From NCBI GenBank assembly GCA_051362555.1, contig CM120640.1:38087967-38151966 (forward strand): a stretch of 64,000 nucleotides of DNA, given 5' to 3'. This document shows, one piece after another, positions 1-64,000 of this stretch (positions are counted from its first letter, which is position 1; the number at the start of each line of letters is the position of its first letter). Below the pieces are notes generated by a model. It saw only the letters and a program-made list of their open reading frames with translations. It was not told where the DNA came from and searched no databases. Source of the stretch: Lingula anatina. Taxonomy: Eukaryota; Animalia; Brachiopoda. Position numbers and translations under genes: made by a program.

Positions 1-505
1 AGTTCAATATACGCCTACACTCGAACAGTACGTTCCAGTACGCCTGATAGGTTTGGTCATGCACAAAGCTTTACTGCGTACTCAGTTGTGAAATAATAAA
101 TTCGCAAAGTATTGGTTAGCGTAGCTGTACGATTACACTATGTGTTTGTGTAAGATTAGCAGTTCCTACTTCTTGATAAAAAGTTTCGAGAGTCGTAAGA
201 GTTTGATATATGCAATTTGACAGGAGCTTGAGTATAGCTCAATTATTTGGTCACCAGGAGAAGACGGCTAGGGATATGTGAAAGGACAAAAACGGATTGC
301 TTATAAACTGACCCTTTACAGTGACTGATAGGATGGACATAGAGAGTGATTGCAATTACTAACGAAGGTAAATTAAAGAATAAGAACGGTAAGGTGTGAG
401 AGACAGAAGCAACAAAGTGGATAAACAAACCAGCTACTTAGCCAATTGTAATATATAACCCCCAAGATCTGTTTTATTGATAATTTCCCATTGATTTTAA
501 AATAG

Positions 506-515
506 ACTCACTCAC

Positions 516-549
<34 letters not shown>
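506..549. repeat. (ACTC)n/(CT)n microsatellite
   Basis: Direct reading. Confidence 0.9.
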
Positions 550-552
<3 letters not shown>

Positions 553-1489
553 AAAATTGTTTTGTATTTGAATTGACGCTGATTACATTTATATATTTAA
601 TTTAATTCAGACATATATCATTTCCATAATACACAAACAGAACGAATTCTATGGTATTGTGACAGTATCTGATTTACAGCTTAATTTGTATGATTTTAAA
701 TATGTTACGCTGGATTGTAAAGTATAATATTTCTTTTACGTATGATAACGTCAAGGTGACCTAGCTGGTATAATTCGCCCATCAGTTATTTATGTCATTT
801 GTATATATGTTATAGATGAAATAAATGTTAATATTATCACTAATATTAAACTGCAGAGAACCCCGTCTCAACTTGTATATGCATTTGCCCAAACTATATT
901 TCGGTATATTTCGCTTTTATTTGTTCCAGTGCACCGCAGTTCTATATATTTTTTCTTAATGTTTTCCGATTCGGATGATCTTTATTTTTAAATTAATATT
1001 GTGCTCTAATAAAGTTCTTGACGCCTGCTGCCTGCCTGCTAAAACTGTCCGGTATTTTACTATAATAATAATAATTATTATTATTATTATTGAGGTGGAT
1101 TTTAAACTAAAATTTACTTGAAAGTGCAGATAACAGCACCTTGGCATGAAGTTTTATTCTGATATAAATGCGATTCAAAACACATGTCATGTGATATATA
1201 AGAAATAAGCGTTATGGAACGGAAAAAAGAGAAAATTGACTATGTATGTAATCTGGATTTAACGCAACACAGCCCTTCAATGATTTTCATTAAATGGATG
1301 TACTCAGTAAGAGACAAAATAATCAAATTATGGAATTTAAACACTGTATAGTACACAGCACTTCTTCATGAACGTATATAAGGACAAGTGATACCTTTTG
1401 TTATATTTTAACAAATAAATGCCATGATTAATGTCGCAAAAAATAATCAAATTTACCACATCTTCATCACGCGCATTCCGGATGTCAGT

Positions 1490-1520
<31 letters not shown>

Positions 1521-1685
1521 GCAAAATTTGAAAAACATCGCTTCAGCGCAAGTTAAGGATTTTTTTTAATTTTCCGAAATTGTTACAGAGTTATAGAGAG
1601 AGTCAGGAAGGAAGGAGAAAAATAGAGAATAGAGGTTACCCTAGGAAAAATAGTTAAGTATGAAGTTTTCTTTGGAAAATCTTAA

Positions 1686-2018
1686 AGGGATAATAACTCT
1701 TCGTTTTGGCCAAAAAATGAATTTTCCTGGAGTAAACAACAATTTTTCCATACTTACCAATTTGTTAATGAATCCATTTTTACATTCAAAGTAAGTCCCT
1801 GGTTTTTTTTCTATTTAATTTTATTATATTTTATTTAAGAGATTATAACAGAGTGTAGCCATCAATGGAGGTCACGTGGTCTGAAGTCAAGCTCAGATAT
1901 CAGAATAATAGCTATAACTGCTGTTTTTGTCGTAAAGCAGAATATATTATATTTCTATGAGTTATTCACAATGTTTTTATTGTGAAATATAGACCTCATA
2001 CGAAGAGTTATTATCCCT
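1686..2018. mobile_element. Non-autonomous Kolobok-like DNA transposon (MITE), 333 bp
   Basis: Perfect 19-bp terminal inverted repeats agggataataactcttcgt / acgaagagttattatccct. Flanked by TTAA on both sides (1682-1685, 2019-2022). Purine-purine termini with a TTAA TSD fit Kolobok rather than piggyBac. Confidence 0.8.
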
Positions 2019-2295
2019 TTAAACTGTGCACCTTTATGTAGATTTTGATAGCATTTTTCGATATTCTTCTATGCCAATTGTATGTTCCTTATGGAAATAC
2101 TGCTTATTAATCTACTTAATGTATTAAAATCATATAAGCATGGGATTTGTTAGTTTTTGAGTAGAATTCCTTCCCTTTGAGAGCCATTTCCCTTTTACAA
2201 ATAATTATTGAAAATGTTTTCAAACGCTACACTTAAGACATAAAATGTTAATTTTCTGCATTATTTTCACGCGCAAAAGTAGATAAATAAACCGG

Positions 2296-3445
2296 CAAAG
2301 AATGAATTAATTGAACAGCGAGAACAGCGCATTCCCCAGTAAAAACGCACCAAGAGTTTTACCTGGATGACAAAAATCCAGTTGACATCGTAGGGGACTG
2401 AAATGCTGATTAGGACTAGTTTAAAGTCAACTTGACGGAGCCATTCAGTGAATTGTGGCAACATTTTTAAACGGCAATTCAACTGGTCCATGGCAGTGGT
2501 TCCCGCCCCCTGTCCGTTGTCAATTCGTTCACAAAAGTCAGGTTATTTCATACAACCTCACTTCAAAGGGAAACGTGATAAGACTGACAAGTTTAATCTG
2601 ATTAATGAAAGAAAATATACAAAAAGATGAAGAATCGATATAAATTATTGGTTCAACTTGAAAATTGTTAAAACACTTTAACATGCCCATTGCCCCTCCT
2701 ACTGCATGAGCAAGTGTGAACTTTCCATTTTTCTGTGCATTCTAATAAAATGAAATGATTAGTTGAAAGAAAAAGAAATGATGGGACGGGATTCGTAAAG
2801 CAATTTATCTAACTGCTAATACAACTTTGAAGTGCAGATAAATATTTGTTGTTAAACAACAGTCCGAGCAAGGACAAAGAATGAATTAATTGAACAGCGA
2901 GTATGAAAAACGCATTCTCCTGTAAAAATGCACCAAGAATTTTACCTGAATGGCAAAAATCCAGTTGATATCGTAGGGGATTGAAATGCTTCTTTAACAA
3001 TAAAAGGACTATCTTTAAGTCAACTTGACGGAGCAATTCAGTGAATTGTGGCAACATTTTTAAACGGCAATTCAACTGATCCATGGCAGTGGTTCCCGCC
3101 CCCGGTCCGCTGTCAATTCGTTCACAAAAGTCAGGTTATTTCATACAACCTCACTTCAAAGGGAAACGTGATCAGACTGACAAGATGAAGAATCGATATT
3201 AATTATTGGTTCAACTTGAAAATTGTTAAAACACTTTAACATGCCCATTGCCCCTCCCACTGCATGAGCAAGTGTGAACTTTCCATTTTGTAACGGAGGC
3301 TTTTCTGTGCATTGTAATAAATAAAATGATTAAATGAAAGAAAAGGCGAAGATGGGGCAGGGTTCGTTTAAGCAATTTATCTAAGTGCTAATACAACTTT
3401 GAAGTGCAGATTAATATTTGTTGTTAAACAACAGCCGAGCAAGGA
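2296..3445. repeat. Two-copy tandem duplication of a ~575-bp non-coding block
   Basis: Copy 1 at 2296-2874 and copy 2 at 2875-3445 align end to end (caaagaatgaattaattgaacagcgag ... ccgagcaagga), with scattered substitutions and a few indels. Confidence 0.92.
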
Positions 3446-6400
3446 ACAAAAAGTTCCCACGTATAGTTACAGATTAAAATTTATTCGACTTTTAACCAAT
3501 CCATCTTGTCAGGAAATACGCAAACATATTTTTCTTTTTATAATGTAGGTTTGTATTGACGCACTGAGCATATAAATGCGATTGTCTAAATCAGTTCCTA
3601 TTTTTCATAAACTGAATAAACACAAGGAAAAAACAGTAAAGGGTCTTATCTCTGGGTCACGTTAGTGACGCTCATTTTTTGTGTAAACTTTGCATAAATC
3701 TGACTTGCTTCACTGACTAGCAACACAACTTGAAAGTGATGAGAACCAATAAAGCAAATATGACACAAAATGCACGTGCGCGTATGCATATAAATGTTTT
3801 ATCAGTTACCGGCTGATGGGGTGCAGACGTGTGCATCTTTGGGCGTTGGGCATTGGACAAGTTAAGAGGGTTCGATACATTAGGATTTTTCCTTATTCTA
3901 TTAGATAAAGGATTGAAATGAAATGATATTGTCACATCAAAACTACACCAGAATTTGTTCATTCGAGCTAATGACTTTGTTTGTGGGTAAAAACTGTAAT
4001 ATCGATTTCAACAGATCTTCTTCACCTGTACAGCTATCAGCACCTTTTTAACGCCTATATGATCACTATAATAAATATTACAAACCCGCGCCTGGACAAT
4101 TTGTTGAAAGGCTTACTTCTGATCAGAAAAGAGGCGAAATAATAACTTTATTTAATGGAACATTGTTATTAGGGACTCATATCTCCTAAACGATAGAAAT
4201 GTAAAACCAAACGGTGGCACCAGATTGAAGTTCACACATTAGTCGTCAACCATGCATTTTTTCCTGAAAATGACTACCCTATGTGCAAAAGTGCGTGGAT
4301 GTTGGATAAAGCAACAAAAAGATTTTAACGTCTGAAGCGTTAACATTTATTGTGCGAATAAATAATTTATTTGAAATAAATGAAAAAAAAAGCTCTTATC
4401 CCAATTGTGGACATTTATAACGCATCGAACCCCGAGAATATCCATTATTTTAATTTGAAGAATTAAATTCTTTAACAATTTCATGACTTGCAGGTCGGGA
4501 GCAGTGTCCCAAAGTTATAATTTTTATTGATTAGGATGCAAATGGTTAGGTCCCAACCTTGATCCTCGTGAGTTTCTGGTAAAATAGCCATGTCTGAAAA
4601 TAAGAGCGAAAAAAAAAATAAAATAAACGCCTTGCCGTGTTCACTGATAAAACGCTAGATTTAAACGTTTAAAGGAGATCGATACGTTAAGATATATTTC
4701 CTTATCTGTTTAGATAATGCAGAAATAAACATTGTTACGTATAATGTTGCCGTGTATAATTTTATTACACAAATATCTAGATAATCATTTTACATAAAGG
4801 ACACGGGAAAAGGCTATTTTGACCAATTTTGGCCATTTTTATGTATCTGTCTACCTCAAGCCATTGTTCTTGATTATACAAATTCAACTGGATCATAGGT
4901 TACGCATCATCACCCTACTGATTTGTTTAAAAGAAAAAAAAAGTTCTTTTAAGCTACTTTTCAATACTAAGAAGTTCCTTAAATGATATTCCTGGTCGCG
5001 ACTGTTCCATATCTTTCTTGTTAATGGGCAATAAGTTCATTTTAAAAGATGTAGGGAGTAGTTATTTACACTGTATAATTTTCAACAAGCAGCCTGGACT
5101 AACAATATTCTATAAGAAAGGAAGTGGTGGGCTTTATTTGACAACTCTAATCAACAACAAATAAGTAACATTGATAAAACCGCAACATGAAAATATATTA
5201 ATATGCAAAGCATGGTGACATGGGATAATAAAATGTACAAAAGGGATAAACAAAAACAAATACCGTGAAAACCTCAAAACTGGTTTTTGGCATGTATGGG
5301 GTCAAAATGCACAGGGTGCAATTAATAAAATATTCAAGTACTTGCATATGACAGCACTCAGACGCCAACCAACACCTTAATTGAGACAACATTGACTTAA
5401 CCACAAATTAACCACTCGTGGTATGTCCTTAAGATTAACGTGTGTAAAACCCTGGGTGCCGTTTCACTAAAATGAAAAATGTCTGGTCCTTGCGAAGATA
5501 CCCCTCCACTTTAAATAGGCAAACAATGTAGAAAATGGCTTATAAATGAAATTTTAAGCAACGGCCCATGATTTTTATTTGAAAGGCAACGGACGTTTTC
5601 CTCTTCCTTTTGATGTACCTTTTCATATAATAATTCAATTATTTGGTCAAATTCAAAGTTCTTTACTAGAATGCAACGATACTTCAAGCTCTAAAGGACC
5701 AGAGAAACTCTTCGCCTCCACTCAATTTTGATAGAATGGTCACTTATATTTTATTTACTGCGGTTGACAAGTTTAGAAAAACACTCATAATGAATATAAG
5801 ACCCCCAATATCTGAAGAGGACACCCTTAAGCAAAAGTGGCAATTTTCATTTTTATACTGGTTAACAGAAAATAAATATGATCGAAGGTGGGATCTGTAT
5901 TTCTAATTACATTTATTATTTTTTCATGAAAAAGGAGTGTTTTCCTAAATCATCTTCATGAATATCCATGTTTACATTTTACATTAACGAATATCCATGT
6001 TTACATATTGCCCAACCCCCAAAACTGACCTAAAGGCATTCTGGAAAGGTAGATTAACCGCTATTTATAATTACAGAAAATGGTGCTGAAAACAGGGTCA
6101 AATAAGTGCAAATAAGACTAAATACAAAGCTAAATGTAAAATGCCGGTTTCAACATGGTTTTCACAAAACTAACTAGGAAAAACGGCAATCTACGGCAAG
6201 GTAACGGCGGTCAACATACATGTAGTAAGAGGCGAACAACAAAAACGTTACAGAGATGTGACAGAGTCACGGGCTCAATACAAATCTCTTAATTTTGGAA
6301 CCGAAACGTGATATTCTATTTGCTGAATGCGAATGAAGTGGAAGGGTTCTTCTTTACTGTTTATTCATTTGCACCTCCTTTCTCTAGATCTTTTGGAGGA

Positions 6401-6488
6401 AACGCTTGTTTTAAATATATTCATATGGCCAATTGTAATTTTTGCACCTTAGGAGTGCATATTGACAATCTTGCAGACTTTTCTTAGA

Positions 6489-6656
6489 CAGGCGCGTAGT
6501 CAGGGGGGGTTCGGGGGGTTCGAAAGAACCGCCCCTTTTGTCAGGAAATGGTCCATTTTGGGTAAATTTTGCCTAGGTACATATAAGTTTCATTGTAAAA
6601 GGTCCATTTTTTCAGAAAAAAGAACCCCCCTTTTGAATTTTCTGGCTACAGACCTG
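6489..6656. mobile_element. hAT-like MITE with 5-bp TSD, 168 bp
   Basis: Ends caggcgcgtagtcag ... ctggctacagacctg (11/15 inverted match). Direct repeat ttaga at 6484-6488 and 6657-6661. Confidence 0.7.
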
Positions 6657-6670
6657 TTAGATATGAGCTC

Positions 6671-6689
6671 GAGAGAGAGACAGAGAGAG

Positions 6690-6720
<31 letters not shown>
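6671..6720. repeat. (GA)n microsatellite, imperfect
   Basis: Direct reading. Confidence 0.9.
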
Positions 6721-7941
6721 TTCCAAAACATACATGAATGGAGGAGGGGGGGAGGGGGGGCAAATGATGCGCCCAAGGGTATATTTTTTCAGCAATTCTA
6801 AGACAATCCCCACCCTAGACAATTCCCCCAAGACAATCCCCACTTTTCAGGAAAGATAATAAACTGGTTTTGAATTTTTGAGTCATTAACACATTTCATT
6901 AATATTCAACTATATGAAAAAGAAGGCAGAGAATGAAATTAAAACAAAGGCATTGGCCATTTATAACAAGATACCCCCAGTGCCAAACCGCGGCTTTGGA
7001 GCATGGCTATAGAATTTGTCTGTCAAAGCGCTTGCGTTGTGAGTCTCACAATGATAATTCACATGGGTGATTGCAAGATTGCAAAATTTATTTTGCATGC
7101 ATCACAATAAAAGTAAAAATGCCATAAAATACAGAATGATTACTTTCACTTAGAATCTCTAAGATTTAATAATAGAAGGGCTGGTTCAAACTTTGCCATC
7201 TTAAATGGCAGATGTTCCATAACTTCTTTTGAGTTGTATGTACTGTATATACGCTAAATAATTTGAAATTGATATTTACATCGAGGACAGAATCCCATCT
7301 CTTTATTCATTAGAATATAATTAACAGAAATTATTAAATCAAATTAAATTTAATGAATCGCCAACCTTGACTTTTGTTTGTTACCGGTGCAAAGAGCAAC
7401 GATTAAATCAAACGCGAAAAATACATGATAACTTATGTAAACAGAATATATAAACAGTTTCTTTTGTTACTTATTAGGCATAAATATTTCACTAAACAAC
7501 AACACCTTTCAACAATGGTTATTTATTCTTTGATGCATTAAAATAAAAATATGAGAAAAAAGGATTGACGTCGTTAACCGAATTTTGGAATAAAATTCTA
7601 ATTACAATAAAATGTCTACCGTGGTTACTGACGTATAGTAACGTTTGATTAATTACATTTTCACTTTCATATTCGGAATACTAAGCACAAGCTACGGGAA
7701 ACTCATTAAATCACATCATCTTTTCAACATTAAGGAAATGGAATTTGAATAGGGTCATCCTTCGACACTAATTTTTGAAATTGAAATCATTTAAGCCTGG
7801 GAAACTTGTGATTCATATGACAGGAGATTGCACCCCGTCATTTCCATTTCAATGTCAGCGCGTCGGGTCTACCTCAGACTTCACAAAAAGATAACTATTA
7901 TATATACAGCATGTGTAAAGTAGGTACAAACACGGTGATTT

Positions 7942-8012
7942 ATTGGTTGGAGGTGTGTCCGAGGTATAAAACGCATCGCGTGCCCCACCAAGGTTAAGAA
8001 GCGTTGATCAAG
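7942..8012 (+). promoter_or_regulatory. Candidate core promoter and very short non-coding first exon of the large gene
   Basis: Inverted CCAAT box (attgg 7942-7946) and TATAAAA (7965-7971), then a strong donor AAG|gtaggt at 8012/8013. A polypyrimidine tract and cag acceptor (8212-8214) precede the ATG exon. TSS inferred near 7995-8000. Confidence 0.6.
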
Positions 8013-8233
8013 GTAGGTGGTAATGGGACTGATAGACAAGAAATGTGATTTTTTGAACGATAAATGAACAAATTTAATATCTTTCGCAACTTTCCTCTTT
8101 TTCTTTATTTAATTTTTTTTTCTTTTTGTAAATCGTATCAGTATATATATTAAAAGTATTGGGATTTTTTATTTAGTTTGTGAATTAAATTGAATGCATT
8201 TTTTCTTGTACCAGGTGTCCCACCTAGAAAGAG

Positions 8234-63772
<55,539 letters not shown>

Positions 63773-64000
63773 GTAAGTTAACCAGGCAGACATTGATAAA
63801 TCATTATTTTCTACGACTTAGTTATATTTTCTCTCTTTGCATTTAAATCTACTGGGAAGTGTATGTTTGATCAGTTGTTGCTCAACTCGTCCAAAGATTG
63901 GGTTCATTTTGTTCTCTTACTCTTCAGCTTTATTTTTTCTTTTCTTGTGCCTTCTGTTGTTCATTGTTGTATAGGCTATTTTGCTGAATTTATTCATGAT

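Noticed and set aside
1-1200. Possible end or start of a neighbouring gene
   Set aside because: No convincing exon, ORF or promoter architecture could be supported.
2267-3084. Two similar minus-strand ORFs beginning MDQLNCRLKMLPQF
   Set aside because: By-product of the tandem duplication. The frames diverge through indels and show no protein-like features.
4797-5432. Possible second Kolobok-like element (taaaggacac ... atgtccttaa)
   Set aside because: The inverted match is only ~6 bp and the left TTAA is imperfect.

Overview
Eukaryotic, AT-rich, invertebrate-like genomic DNA; no prokaryotic systems. From ~8.0 kb to beyond the right edge the + strand holds one large intron-rich gene. By hand I reconstructed a probable non-coding micro-exon plus 103 coding exons. 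All have GT-AG boundaries and consistent phases, giving ~14,875 coding nt (~4,950 aa) with no stop reached. The product is a secreted, Cys-rich mosaic protein: signal peptide, [VWD-C8-TIL-TILa/EGF], 3 EGF, [VWD(GDPH)-C8-TIL-TILa/EGF], 76 single-exon EGF/cbEGF modules, a divergent C-type-lectin-like domain, EGF, a Pro/Thr linker, a second lectin-like domain, [VWD-C8-TIL-TILa/EGF] and further EGFs. It resembles zonadhesin/FCGBP/tectorin modules fused to a fibrillin/Notch-like rod, and I do not recognise it as a named gene. The middle of the EGF array (34-50 kb) is a 7-exon higher-order repeat. It shows exon-restricted sequence homogenisation, decayed pseudo-exons, deletion junctions and a conversion tract. 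The upstream 8 kb and the introns carry non-autonomous DNA transposons (Kolobok-, hAT- and PIF/Harbinger-like), a ~575-bp tandem duplication and microsatellites. Everything was read by eye: no searches or expression data.
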